Shown: positions 1-10,552, counted from the first letter of the stretch. The stretch: 64,000 nt of DNA from an uncultured Gemmatimonadaceae bacterium (GCA_963716745.1 OY970320.1:2560001-2624000), one strand, 5' to 3'. A program made the numbers and translations. The notes: a model not told the origin generated them from the sequence alone.

Positions 1-25
1 CGCCCGCCCCACGCTCACGCGAAGA

Positions 26-2131
26 GTGGTGCTGGTGTTGCTGTTCGGTATCTCGTTCGGCACCGGCGCCGCCGTCGCCGCGTGGACGCTCGTCTGCCGC
101 GGCGGCGCGTGCCCCGATCCGCGGCAACTCGATCAATTCGCCCCGCGCCAGACTTCCAAGCTCTACGCCGCCGACGGCCGCTTCATCTCCGAGATCGGAC
201 TCGAGCGCCGCACGCTCGTCCAACTCAAGGAGATCCCCACCGTCGTCCGCGACGCGTTCATCATCACGGAGGACAAACGGTTCTACGAACATCACGGCAT
301 CGACTGGGTGCGCGTCTTCGGCGCCGCCGCGCACAACGTCGTCTCGCGCGGCTTCGGCCAGGGCTTCTCCACGCTCACGATGCAGCTCGCGCGCAACATC
401 TTCCCCGAGAAGATCTCCCGCGAGAAGACGCTCATCCGCAAGCTGCGCGAGACGAAGATCGCCTTCGAGATCGAAGCGCTGTATCCCAAGGACAAGATCC
501 TCGAGCTGTACCTCAATCAGATCTACCTGGGCAACGGCGCGTACGGCGTCGAGACCGCGGCGCAGCGCTACTTCGGGAAATCGGTGCGCGATGTGAACCT
601 CGCCGAGGCCGCGACGCTCGCCGCGCTCCCGAAGGCGCCCGAACGGCTCAATCCGCGCCGCTATCCCGATCGCGCGATCCAGCGCCGCAACACGATCATC
701 GCGCTCATGCGGAACGAGGGCGTCGTCAGCGATTCCGGCGCGCGCCTCGCGCAGGCCTACCCGCTGGACCTCGCGAAGAAGAGCGAGTCCGGCGAACTCG
801 CGCCGTACTTCGTGGAATGGGTGCGTCAGCAGCTCGAGGAACAGTTCGGCGAGAAGCTCTACTCCGACGGCCTCAAGATCTTCACGACGCTCGACATCGA
901 CATCCAGCAGGCCGCCGAGCGCAATCTCGAGCGTCAGCTCCGCGCCATCGAGGCGGGGAAGTGGGGCGCCTGGAAGCATCCCACCTTCGAGCAGTATCTC
1001 AGCCGCAGCCTCTCCGACAGCGAGGGCAACGAGTCGTCGCCCTACCTGCAGGGTGCGCTCGTCGCGATGGACCCGCGCAACGGCGCGGTGCGCGCGATGA
1101 TCGGCGGCCGCGACTTCGATGACTCCAAGTTCAATCGCGCGACGCAGGCGCTGCGCCAGCCCGGCTCAACCTTCAAGCCCATCGTCTACGCCGACGCGAT
1201 CCACTCGGGCCTCTCGGCCTCGCACCTGCTCGACGATTCGCCGCTCACGCTGCCGCAGTTCGGCGGCACCGATTGGACGCCGCAGAACTACGATCTGAAG
1301 TTCATGGGCATCCTCCCGCTGCGGCAGGCGCTCTATCTCTCGCGCAACCTCGCGACGATCCGGCTCGGCATCGAACTCGGGCCACAGAGCGTCATCGAGA
1401 TGGGACGGAAACTCGGCCTCACCACGCCCATCCCGCCGTACCCCTCGATCTTCATCGGCTCGGCCGACGTGTATCCGCTCGAGATGATCGCGGCCTACTC
1501 CGCCTTCGCGACGCTCGGCGTGCGCACCGCGCCGCACGGCATCGTGCGCGTCGAGGACGCGAAGGGCCACGTGCTCTGGGAAGGCGTGCCGCTGCGCTAC
1601 GACGTCCTCTCGCGCGAAGAGGCGTGGCTCATGGTGAGCATGATGAAGGACGTGCTCAGCAAAGGTTCCGCGGCATCCGTGGGCGCCTCCGGCTTCAAGA
1701 TCCCGGCCGCCGGCAAGACCGGCACCACGAACGACTACACGGACGTCTGGTTCATCGGCTACACGCCCGATCTCCTCGCCGGCGTGTGGATGGGCTTCGA
1801 CCGCCCGCAGAAGATCCAGGCCAACGCGCAGGGCGGTCGCCTCGCCGCGCCGGCCTGGACCAGCTTCATGACCGAGGTCTACCAGCGGCGCCCGCATCCG
1901 CCCGACTGGCCGCGCCCCGAGGCGATCATCACGCGGCAGATCGACGATTCCACCGGACTCCTCCGCAATCCGTATTGCCCGGTGGCACTCGTCACGAACG
2001 AGTACTACATCGAAGGCACGGAGCCCACGAAAGAGTGCGACGTGCACACGCCCACGGGCACCGTCTCTCCGTTCGATACGCTCATCGTCCCGCAGCTCAA
2101 GATCCCCGGCTCCCCTCCGCCGGCGCGTTGA
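26..2131 (+). CDS. mrcA: Class A penicillin-binding protein (PBP1A family, transglycosylase/transpeptidase); true start may lie upstream of the window
   Basis: GT51 motifs EDKRFYEHHG, GFSTLTMQLARN, RKLRE, KILELYLN; transpeptidase motifs STFK, SRN, KTGT; frame is open to the left edge. Confidence 0.93.
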   Translation: MVLVLLFGISFGTGAAVAAWTLVCRGGACPDPRQLDQFAPRQTSKLYAADGRFISEIGLERRTLVQLKEIPTVVRDAFIITEDKRFYEHHGIDWVRVFGAAAHNVVSRGFGQGFSTLTMQLARNIFPEKISREKTLIRKLRETKIAFEIEALYPKDKILELYLNQIYLGNGAYGVETAAQRYFGKSVRDVNLAEAATLAALPKAPERLNPRRYPDRAIQRRNTIIALMRNEGVVSDSGARLAQAYPLDLAKKSESGELAPYFVEWVRQQLEEQFGEKLYSDGLKIFTTLDIDIQQAAERNLERQLRAIEAGKWGAWKHPTFEQYLSRSLSDSEGNESSPYLQGALVAMDPRNGAVRAMIGGRDFDDSKFNRATQALRQPGSTFKPIVYADAIHSGLSASHLLDDSPLTLPQFGGTDWTPQNYDLKFMGILPLRQALYLSRNLATIRLGIELGPQSVIEMGRKLGLTTPIPPYPSIFIGSADVYPLEMIAAYSAFATLGVRTAPHGIVRVEDAKGHVLWEGVPLRYDVLSREEAWLMVSMMKDVLSKGSAASVGASGFKIPAAGKTGTTNDYTDVWFIGYTPDLLAGVWMGFDRPQKIQANAQGGRLAAPAWTSFMTEVYQRRPHPPDWPRPEAIITRQIDDSTGLLRNPYCPVALVTNEYYIEGTEPTKECDVHTPTGTVSPFDTLIVPQLKIPGSPPPAR

Positions 2132-2135
2132 GCCC

Positions 2136-3416
2136 GTGATCCGCTACCACGCGCGCTGGGTGCTCCCCATCTCGCGCCCGCCCGTGGAGCGCGGCACCGT
2201 CGTCGAAGAGAACGGTCGCATCGTCTACGCCGGCCCGCGCGCCGATGCGCCGCCCGGCGACGATCGCGACCTCGGCGATGCGTACTTGCTGCCCGGTCTC
2301 GTCAATACGCACACGCATCTCGAGCTCACCGCGTTCCACGGGCTCATCACCGCGCCGTCATTCCGCGAATGGATCGTGGCGCTCCAGGCCGCGAAAACAG
2401 CGGTCATGACGCCCGAGCGATACCTCGACTCCGCGCGCGCCGGGATCGCCGACGGCCTGCGCGCCGGCATCACCACCTTCGCCGACACCTGCGATTCCGG
2501 CGTCGCGCTCGAAGCAATGCGGGAGGCCGGCGTGCGCGGCATCATGTACCAGGAAGTGTTCGGCCCGTCGCCCGATCCCGCCGACGTCGCCGAGTCGATG
2601 CGTGGACTCGAACGAAAACTCGCCGCGCTCGATCCGCTCGCGACGGATCTCCAGCGCATCGGCGTCTCGCCGCATGCGCCCTACACGGTGAGCGACCCGC
2701 TCTTCGCGCTCGTCGCGCACATGCGCCGTCCGTTCGCCATCCATATCGCCGAGAGCGAGGAAGAGACCGCGCTCATCCGCGACGGCGCGGGCCCGTTCGC
2801 CATCGCGTTGCGCGCGCGCGGGATGACCGTCGTGTCGCGTGCCATCTCGCCGATATCGTTGCTCGAGCAGCTGGACGTGCTCGCGGCGCGGCCGCTGCTC
2901 ATCCACTGCATTCGCGCATCGAACACCGACCTGCGCATGATCGCGGCCCACGACTGCGCCGTGGCGCACTGCCCGGCGTCGAACGCGCATCTCGGACACG
3001 GCACCGCACCACTCGCTACGATGCTCTCGCTCGGCATTCGCACCGGGCTCGGCTCCGATTCCATGGCCAGCAACGACGCGATGGACATCCTGGAGGAAGC
3101 GCGCCGCGCCGCCGCGCCGCCGGCGAAGTCGCTCGAACTCGCCACGATCGGTGGCGCCCGCGCGCTCGATATCTCCGATCGCATCGGCACGCTCGCCGTG
3201 GGCAAAGACGCCGACCTCGCCGCCTTCCCGATCCTGCCCGGCGATCCCCCCGACCCGATCGCCGCCCTTTCCACCCCGCGCCCCGCACTCGCCACCATAG
3301 TCGCCGGCAAGCCGCGACTGTGGAACGGAAAGCTGGTGGATGGAGATGAAGATCTGAGTGCGCGCCTGACCCAGATCTCCGCCGCGCTACGGGCGTTTCG
3401 GAACGGACTGCAATAG
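2136..3416 (+). CDS. Metal-dependent amidohydrolase (MtaD/aminodeoxyfutalosine deaminase-like)
   Basis: LLPGLVNTHTHLE (HxH), HIAES, HCPASN, GSDS and GTLAVGKDADL motifs; starts 4 bp after the PBP stop. Confidence 0.85.
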   Translation: MIRYHARWVLPISRPPVERGTVVEENGRIVYAGPRADAPPGDDRDLGDAYLLPGLVNTHTHLELTAFHGLITAPSFREWIVALQAAKTAVMTPERYLDSARAGIADGLRAGITTFADTCDSGVALEAMREAGVRGIMYQEVFGPSPDPADVAESMRGLERKLAALDPLATDLQRIGVSPHAPYTVSDPLFALVAHMRRPFAIHIAESEEETALIRDGAGPFAIALRARGMTVVSRAISPISLLEQLDVLAARPLLIHCIRASNTDLRMIAAHDCAVAHCPASNAHLGHGTAPLATMLSLGIRTGLGSDSMASNDAMDILEEARRAAAPPAKSLELATIGGARALDISDRIGTLAVGKDADLAAFPILPGDPPDPIAALSTPRPALATIVAGKPRLWNGKLVDGDEDLSARLTQISAALRAFRNGLQ

Positions 3417-3422
3417 CAGGCA

Positions 3423-3470
3423 ACAGCCGACAGCCCGCAGTCTAGGTCTAACGTCTAAGTCTAACGTCTG
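3423..3470. repeat. Short heptamer-type tandem repeats (ACAGCCG and GTCTAAC/GTCTAG families)
   Basis: acagccgacagccc followed by gtctaggtctaacgtctaagtctaacgtctg; the same units recur near 10523, 18343, 24903, 37206 and 38683. Confidence 0.75.
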
Positions 3471-3511
3471 CAGTTCTAGCGAATTCCCGCCCCGCAAACG
3501 TATCTTAAACC

Positions 3512-4468
3512 ATGCACAATCCCGTGGTAAAAGGCGCCACCCACAAGATCTGGCGCGACGGCAAGCTCATTCCGTGGGAGGACGCCACTCTCCACGTCAT
3601 GAGCCACGTCGTGCACTATGGCTCCAGCGTGTTCGAGGGGCTCCGCTTCTACGAGACCCCCGGCGGTCCCGCGATCTTCCGCCTGGACGATCACATGCGG
3701 CGCCTCATCGACTCGTGCCGCATCTACCGTATCGCGGTGCCGCATAGCGCCGAGACGCTCGCACAGGCCTGTGTCGACACCGTGGCCGCGAACGACATCC
3801 GCCACGGCTATCTGCGCCCGGTCGTCGTGCGCACCGGCGAGCAGATGGGCGTGTTCGCCGCGGACATTCCCGTCGAGACCTTCATCGTCGCCTGGCATTG
3901 GGGCCGGTACCTCGGCGAGGATGCGCTCAAGGATGGCGTGGATACCTGCGTCTCCAGCTGGCGCCGCGCCGCGCCGGATACCTTCCCGGCGCTCGCGAAG
4001 GCCGGCGGCAACTATCTCAGCGCGTCGCTCGCCAAGATGGAAGCGCGCGGCGACAAGTATGCCGAAGGCATCATGCTCGACAGCGCCGGCCACATCGCGG
4101 AGGGCGCGGGCGAGAACATCTTCCTCGTGCGCGACCGGGTGGTGTACACGCCGCCGCTGTCCGCCGGGATCCTGCACGGCATCACCCGCGATTCCTGCAT
4201 GCGCATCGCCGCCGACCTCGGCTACGAGGTGCGCGTAGAGGCACTCCCGAGGGAAATGCTGTACATTGCGGATGAGGCATTCTTTACCGGCACGGCGGCG
4301 GAATTGACACCAATACGATCCGTCGATCGTGTACAGTTGGGGGATGGTAGACCGGGACCGGTGACGCGAGCGATCCAGGAGGACTTCCTGGGCATCGCGC
4401 ACGGTAAGAAAGAAGACCGTTACGGGTGGCTGACACTGGTCCCCGAAACGGCCGCCGCCGCCCGATGA
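3512..4468 (+). CDS. ilvE: Branched-chain amino acid aminotransferase
   Basis: HYGSSVFEGLR, IFRLDDHMRRL, KAGGNY, EGAGENIF, ILHGITRDS, ADEAFFTGTAAE. Confidence 0.95.
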   Translation: MHNPVVKGATHKIWRDGKLIPWEDATLHVMSHVVHYGSSVFEGLRFYETPGGPAIFRLDDHMRRLIDSCRIYRIAVPHSAETLAQACVDTVAANDIRHGYLRPVVVRTGEQMGVFAADIPVETFIVAWHWGRYLGEDALKDGVDTCVSSWRRAAPDTFPALAKAGGNYLSASLAKMEARGDKYAEGIMLDSAGHIAEGAGENIFLVRDRVVYTPPLSAGILHGITRDSCMRIAADLGYEVRVEALPREMLYIADEAFFTGTAAELTPIRSVDRVQLGDGRPGPVTRAIQEDFLGIAHGKKEDRYGWLTLVPETAAAAR

Positions 4469-4491
4469 GGGGCGCGGCGCGGTGACCGACT

Positions 4492-4523
4492 CCCGTCCCG
4501 GTCCATCGGGGCGGGCGTTTTTT
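4492..4523 (+). terminator. Intrinsic terminator after ilvE
   Basis: Stem cccgtcccg / cggggcggg with a 6-nt loop, followed by a T6 tract. Confidence 0.75.
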
Positions 4524-4537
4524 CAGGAGGCTCAAGC

Positions 4538-5140
4538 GTGATCGTCGGTTGTCTTGCGCTGAATGCTTCGTTCGAACCACTGACCATGGTCCCCATGCGT
4601 CGGGCGCTCCGGCTTGTGCTCGATGGCAAGGCCGAGATCGTGGAAGCGGACACCGGCAAGGTCGTGCGCTCGGAGCGCCTCACGCTCCCGCGCCCCGCGG
4701 TGATCCGGCTCGTGAAGTTCATCCACGTGCCGCGCCGCTTCCGCCGTCAGGTAACGAACACCTTCCTCTTCGCGCGTGACCGCTATCGCTGCCAGTACTG
4801 CGGACGCGGCACCATGGACCTGCGCCCGCGCGAGTCGCTCACGCGCGACCACCTCGTGCCGCTCTCGCGTGGTGGCACGAACGAGTGGACCAACGTCGTG
4901 ACGGCCTGCTCGCCCTGCAACACGCGCAAGGGGAACCGCATGGCGGAGGAGATCGGCATGCATCCGCTCGTGCCGCCGGTCGAGCCGCACTTCGTGCACC
5001 TGAGCTGGGCGGTGCGCCGCCTCACGCCGGCACAGTCGAAGTACATCAAACTCTTCTACGGCCCCGAGACGCTCCACCAGGTGGAAGAGCTGGAGCATCG
5101 CCCGCATCACACGCGGGGCGAGAAGATCCTTCGCGCCTGA
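4538..5140 (+). CDS. HNH endonuclease (McrA/HNH_5-like)
   Basis: N-terminal LALNASFEPL; RDRYRCQYCG...TRDHLVPLSRGG...NVVTACSPCNTRKGN; AGGAGG RBS. Confidence 0.9.
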   Translation: MIVGCLALNASFEPLTMVPMRRALRLVLDGKAEIVEADTGKVVRSERLTLPRPAVIRLVKFIHVPRRFRRQVTNTFLFARDRYRCQYCGRGTMDLRPRESLTRDHLVPLSRGGTNEWTNVVTACSPCNTRKGNRMAEEIGMHPLVPPVEPHFVHLSWAVRRLTPAQSKYIKLFYGPETLHQVEELEHRPHHTRGEKILRA

Positions 5141-5152
5141 TCACGCCGGCCG

Positions 5153-5815
5153 CTACTGCGGCCGGAACACCGCACTCCGCGCATGGTACGTCCGCGTCTG
5201 CCCGCCCAGCAGACGCGTGACCAGCGTGTTCGCGCCATGTCCCAGCGCCGTGCCCGGATTCTCGCGACCCTTCACCGCGGAATCCGCGTCGCCGCCGAGC
5301 CAACGCTTCACTTCGTCGATGTCGTGCACCGAGAGCATCTCGAGGTCCAGCGACGCGTAGTAGTAGTGCTTCGAGTGGCCGGTGGGCGGCTGGATGCCGG
5401 GCACGAACGGGCGCGCCACCGCGTCCTCAGCATCCTTGAGATCGGCGAACGTGCCGAGCGACTGCCAGCGGCCGGCGATCCGCGTCACGGTGTAGTGCCG
5501 GGCGAGCGGATCGTAGCTCACCACGACATCCCACTCGATCGTGCGCACGAGATCGTCGAAGAACCTATTCGCTTTCCAGAGTTCCAGCCGGAAATGCAGC
5601 CGCGCGGGGAATCCGCTGAACAGCAGCTCGCGCGTCGTGCGGTCGGAGAGCATGCGCACGCTCCGCACCACCGGCGCTTCCTTCGCGCGCGCGGAGTCCG
5701 CCGGCAGGATGATCTCCAGCGCCGGCTCCGAGGGCGTCGCGACTCTGGGCGCCTGCGCCGCGATCCCGAACGGGAGCGCGAGCAGCGCGAGGAGGAGGTA
5801 CGCGCGGCGCGTCAT
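5153..5815 (-). CDS. Exported DUF4390-like protein
   Basis: Start ATG at 5815 overlaps the upstream stop (TGATG); signal peptide MTRRAYLLLALLALPFGIAAQ; GFPARLHFRLELW...VSYDPLARHY pattern. Confidence 0.6.
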   Translation of the reverse strand: MTRRAYLLLALLALPFGIAAQAPRVATPSEPALEIILPADSARAKEAPVVRSVRMLSDRTTRELLFSGFPARLHFRLELWKANRFFDDLVRTIEWDVVVSYDPLARHYTVTRIAGRWQSLGTFADLKDAEDAVARPFVPGIQPPTGHSKHYYYASLDLEMLSVHDIDEVKRWLGGDADSAVKGRENPGTALGHGANTLVTRLLGGQTRTYHARSAVFRPQ

Positions 5816-7543
5816 CAGAATCGGTGCTGCAGGCGCACCACGAACTGCAGCGGCGTCTGCCAGTCCGAGAGTGATTTTGCCATGTACATGCCGAGCCAGC
5901 CCATGTCGAGGCCGGCGCCGGCGTCGGTGCGGAAGGTGTACAGCGGCGGCAGCGTCCACGCGCCGTAGCGCACGCCGTCTTCGGTGGAGCCCGTCACCCA
6001 GCCGCGCCCCGCGTCGGTGAACACTACCCACGACATCGTCTTGCTCAGGCGGTACGACTCGGTCTCATCTTCCGCGCGCTGCCGCGGGAACAGCCGCAGC
6101 GTGAAGTCGCCGCGGTATTCCACCTGCGCCAGCATCATGCGCGAGCATTGCGCGGGATTCCCGGCCGGTGCGCTGCTGTCGGCGCACGTGAACACATTAG
6201 GCGTGATCGGCTGGCGGAAATTGTAGCCCGGCAGCGAGCCGGGTCCGCCCATCGAGAAGCGCCGCTCCAGCGGCAGCTCGCCGCCGCCGATCCCCGTGCC
6301 GAACACCAGCCGCAGATTGAGATGCCCCTCCGGCGACACGCGGTTGTAGCGGCGGATGTCGATCCAGCCGCGCCCATACGTAAGCGCCTCCGGCGTCGCG
6401 GTGTTCACGCGCGCGATGTCGCTCGCCGGTCCCTCGGTGAGCGAATTCGTCCAGCCGACTTCGACATCGGCGTTCACGAGCCAGCCGAGGTACGGATCGG
6501 CGTCGCTATTCCGCGTATCGTACTCGACGCCGGCGTCGACGCGCCGCAGCAGCCCAGCGTCCAGCTCCGGATTGTCGCGCCACGGATTCGACGTATGGAA
6601 CAGCGAGATCGGGTCCTGCGCCGTGCGCAGCGCCCACCACGCCTGGGTGAACTTGAGCGTGTACGTCAGCGGTCCGCGCAGCAGCGACCCCCACGCGCTG
6701 CCGCCCTGCGCGTTGTAGTAGTCGCGCATGTCGTCGCGCACGCCGAAGCTGTACAGCGAGATCTCGGCGTTCGACACCTGCCAATCCTCCGCCGGCGCTA
6801 CCAGATCGAACCCGCGCGCGCCGTACGCGAAGCCGTGCGCTTTCCCCTGTTTCACCTCGGCGCTGATGTCGTAGCCGAGGTTCGCGCTCGTCCACGCGAA
6901 GCTATTCACCGACCGGTAGATCGCGAGGCCGGTGAAGGTGAACTGTCCGAACGAAGGATTCCGGCGGAGATCGATGCCGACCATCACCGGGAGGCCTTCC
7001 ACGCGATCGTACGTGCCAGCCCGCAGCGCGAAACGTGTGCGCGCGGAATCGTAGCGCGTTTCCCAGCGGCGGAACCAGCCTTCCTCGGCGCTGGTGGTAT
7101 CGAGCATCGCGACCATCGCGTCGCCCTGCATGCGGTACGCCAGCAATTGAGGATACGCGGTCACCGTGCCGCCTACGACGGCGCTGTCGGCGCGGCTCAC
7201 CGTGCCGCCGGCCACGAACACGCCGCTATCCACGCGTGCCGTGGCGCGCAGCTCCACGCTGCCGTTGATCACGACCACGGCGCCGTGCACCGTGCCCGCG
7301 ACGACGAGCGAGCCGTCGCGCACCGCGACGTTCCCGTCCACCGTGCGGCCGGCGGCAATGGTCGTATTCCCGAGCGCGCGAACGGCCGCGGGCATGTTGT
7401 ACCGGTACGCCGCCTCACCCGCGACCGCGGCCGCGCGCGATCGTGTCACGCGCGCTGTCGCCCGCCTGCGCCGCAAGCGCATGCGGCGCGAGCGCCAGCA
7501 TGGCGGCGAGCGCCCAACGCACGACGCACGACTCACGCTTCAT
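5815..7543 (-). CDS. Omp85/BamA-TamA-like outer-membrane protein with an N-terminal beta-helix (bactofilin-like) region; one apparent frameshift near 7435
   Basis: ATG at 7543 (ATGA overlap) gives signal peptide MKRESCVVRWALAAMLALAPHALAAQ, in a different frame from the body; body has YDRVEGL, YDTRNS, RFSMGGPGSLPGY, FTDAGRGW and a C-terminal Phe (VVRLQHRF). Confidence 0.7.
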
Positions 7544-8923
7544 GAAGCGCCCCACTCGATTCCCAGCCTCCTCATCCGACGATACAGATTCGGCCTGTCG
7601 GTCTTCAGCCGCCGCGCTGCGTCGGCCACGTTCCCCTGCGCCACGCTCAGCGCGCGCGTGATGAGCGTGCGCTCGTAGTCATCGAGCGCGTCGTTCAGCG
7701 GCCGGTCGAGCGAGGGCTCGGGCAGCGGCGGTGCACCGGCCGCGCCCTTGGCATCGCGCACGGCCGGGCAGCACGGCCGCCACGTCCGCCGCCGTCACTT
7801 CGTTCCCCTGCTGCAGAATGGCGAGCCGCTCCACGGTGTTCGCCAGTTCGCGCACGTTGCCCGGCCAGCGGTGCCGCGAGAGCATCGCGAGCGATTCCGC
7901 GCTCCATGCGGGGGCGAGCCGCCCCGCGCGCGCACGATAGAGTGCGGAGAAGTGCAGCACGAGCGGCGGGATGTCGTCGGGCCGCTCGCGCAGCGGCGGC
8001 AGCGTCATCGGGATCACGTTCAGCCGGTGGTACAGATCCTCGCGGAACTTCCCGTCGGCCACGCCGCGCGCGAGGTCCATGTTCGTCGCGGCGATGATCC
8101 GCACATCCACCTTGATCGACTTGCCGCCGCCCACGCGCTCGATCTCGCTCGCCTCGATCGCGCGCAGCAGCTTCGCCTGCGCTTCCGCGCCCAGGTCGCC
8201 CACTTCATCCAGCAGCAGCGTGCCCGTGTTCGCCAACTCGAATCGCCCGATGCGGCGCTCGGTCGCGCCGGTGAACGCGCCCTTCTCGTGGCCGAACATC
8301 TCGCTCTCCACGAGATCGCGCGGGATCGCGGCGCAGTTCACGCGCACGAACGGCCGGTCGCGGCGCGCGCTCCCGCGGTGGATCGCGCTCGCGACGAGTT
8401 CCTTGCCGGTGCCGCTCTCGCCCATGAGCAGCACGCGCGCATCCGTCGGCGCGACGCGCGCGATCATCTCGCGCACTCGCTGCATCGCGGCGCTCGCGCC
8501 CACCATCTCGCCGGTGAGCGCGTAGTCCTCGCGCAGCGTCTTCACTTCGCGCCGCGCAGACCGCAGCTCGAGCGCCGAACGCAGCGCGAGCAGCACACTT
8601 TCGGGGGTGAGTGGTTTTTCGAGGAACTGGAACGCGCCGAGCTTCGTGGCGCGCACCGCATCGCTCAATCCCGCGCGTCCGCTCATCATCACGACCGGCA
8701 GCTCCGGATAGCGCTCGCGCAGCGCGCTGAGCGTCGCCATGCCGTCCAGCGCGCCGGGCATCATGAGGTCCACGAGCACGGCGTCGGGCTCGCGCTCGAG
8801 CGCCGCCGCCACGCCCGCCGTGCCGTCGGGCGCCTCGCGCACGGTGAACCCCTCGGTGCCGAGCAGCGCACCGACCATCCGACGAATGTTGGCTTCGTCG
8901 TCGATGATCAGGATCTCAGCCAT
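7540..8923 (-). CDS. Sigma54-dependent response regulator (NtrX/NtrC family); frameshift near 7768 separates the Fis HTH
   Basis: Receiver domain (IIDDE, DLMMP, KP); AAA+ motifs GESGTGKE, ESEMFGHEKGAFTGA, WPGNVREL; HTH GNVADAARRLKTDRPNLYRRM lies in ORF 7540..7761. Confidence 0.92.
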
Positions 8924-9187
8924 TCAATTTCTTCTCCGCGCCCTGGCGCTCGGACAGGAGCTTCGTCGTGAACCGCTGGCCCTCCGAGATGCGCTCCACT
9001 TCCACCGCGATCGAGTCGATCGCCTGTTCCATCCGCTCGAGGCGTGCGAGCGCTTCAGGCGGGATCGGCGGCAGTTCCGCTTTCTTGCTCGCGCGTCTGA
9101 TGTACGCGACGTGAGCGGCAGGCCGATGGCCAGCACGATCAGCATGAAGATCATGCCCGCGATCGGGATCACGATGTCTTCGTTCAT
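8916..9187 (-). CDS. Small single-TM protein with a coiled-coil tail; apparent frameshift near 9110
   Basis: ATG at 9187 overlaps the kinase stop; MNEDIVIPIAGMIFMLIVLAIGLPL continues in another frame as AYIRR...LERMEQAIDSIAVEVERISEGQRFTTKLL. Confidence 0.7.
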
Positions 9188-10440
9188 GCGCCGCGCTCCC
9201 CTTCGAGTTTGTGATCCACCGGCACACCACTCACCGGCAGAATGAATCGGATCTCCGTGCCCGCCTCCTTGTCGCTCGTCGCGCTCACCGCGCCGCCGTG
9301 CGCCAGCACCGTCTGCCGCGCGATCGCGAGTCCCAGCCCCGTGCCGCCCGCGGTCGTCGTGTGGTACGGTTCCCAGATCGCGGCGAGCCGCCCCGGCGGG
9401 ATCCCCTTGCCAGTATCCACCACCCGCAGTTCCACCGCCGGCCGCCCGTCGAGCACGCTGCGTGCCACATGGATTCGCACCGACCCGCCGCCGCGGCATG
9501 CCTCCACCGCGTTCAGCAGCACGTTGCTCAGCGCGCGCGACAGCGCCTCGTAGTGCCCCGTGATGTGCGGGACGTTCTCGTCCGCCTGCACGGTCACCGG
9601 CACCGTGCCGCCGCTCAGACTCCGCGCCGCTTCGTTCGCGAGTTCGGCCACGTCGATCGCCGCCGCCGGACCCTCCGGCAGCCGACCGAACTGCGCGAAG
9701 CTCCGCGCCATCGCATCGATCCGCTTCGTCTCGGTCTCCAGCACGTCCACGATCTCCGCCAATTTCGGATCGGCGTCGCGCCTGAGCCGCGCGATCGCGA
9801 GACCGATCGGCGTCAGCGGATTCTTCAGCTCGTGCGCCACCCGCCGTGCCGTCTCGCGGAACGCTTCCAACCGCTCGGCCTCGATCTCCCGCGCGCGCGC
9901 CGCGATGATCTGGTCGGCCATCTCACGCATGCGGCGTCGCATCACTTCGAATTCCGGCGCGCCCCGCTGCGGCTTGCCCGCCGGCAGCGGCTCGCCGCGC
10001 GCTACCAGCTCCGTCCATTCCACGAGTTCGCTGAGCGGACGGCTCAGCTGACGGCTCAAGTGTCCCGCCGCGCGCCACGCCAGCAGCGACAGGATGAGCG
10101 AGCCCGCGATCGCCAAGATCACGATCGCCCCCGCCACGCGCGTCGTGAGATACTCGTACCGGCGCGCCTCGATGAGCGAAGTTCCCAGCACGCGCTCGTG
10201 GTCGTCCAGCGCCGTGCGCTGCGCCGCTGTGAGCGGAGCGCCCTTCATGGCGTCGAGCACCCGGCGCCCGCTCGCCTCCACCAGTTCCCATGGCCGCTTC
10301 CCGCTGAGTACGGGCAGCACCGAACTCACGCCCGCCGCCCCGCCCAGCAGCAGTACGCTCGTCGGCACCATCGCGAACAGCGCGAGATAAATGAGCACTC
10401 GCGTTCGGAACCGGGGCTGCGTCAATGGCGCTCCATCCAA
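9184..10440 (-). CDS. HAMP-domain sensor histidine kinase (NtrY-like); start could be TTG at 10425
   Basis: Two TM segments, HAMP, H-box ARRVAHELKNPLTPI, N-box NVLLNAVEA, DTGKG, GTGLGL. Confidence 0.92.
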   Translation of the reverse strand: MDGAPLTQPRFRTRVLIYLALFAMVPTSVLLLGGAAGVSSVLPVLSGKRPWELVEASGRRVLDAMKGAPLTAAQRTALDDHERVLGTSLIEARRYEYLTTRVAGAIVILAIAGSLILSLLAWRAAGHLSRQLSRPLSELVEWTELVARGEPLPAGKPQRGAPEFEVMRRRMREMADQIIAARAREIEAERLEAFRETARRVAHELKNPLTPIGLAIARLRRDADPKLAEIVDVLETETKRIDAMARSFAQFGRLPEGPAAAIDVAELANEAARSLSGGTVPVTVQADENVPHITGHYEALSRALSNVLLNAVEACRGGGSVRIHVARSVLDGRPAVELRVVDTGKGIPPGRLAAIWEPYHTTTAGGTGLGLAIARQTVLAHGGAVSATSDKEAGTEIRFILPVSGVPVDHKLEGERGA

Positions 10441-10522
10441 GGCGTTTCTTTCTGCGACAGCGCCAATCTATAGGTCTGTTGCCCCTCGCGCGAAGTAGTG
10501 AGGGCCGTCCAAGGGAGCGCCT

Positions 10523-10552
10523 TCTAACGTCTAGGTCTAGCGTCTAAGTCTG
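10523..10552. repeat. GTCTAAC/GTCTAG-type short tandem repeat
   Basis: tctaacgtctaggtctagcgtctaagtctg; same family as 3440-3470 and 37206-37250. Confidence 0.7.

Noticed and set aside
4538..5140. HNH protein as IscB/Cas9-like or part of a restriction system
   Set aside because: Only 200 aa, with no RuvC motifs, no adjacent methyltransferase and no ncRNA/array
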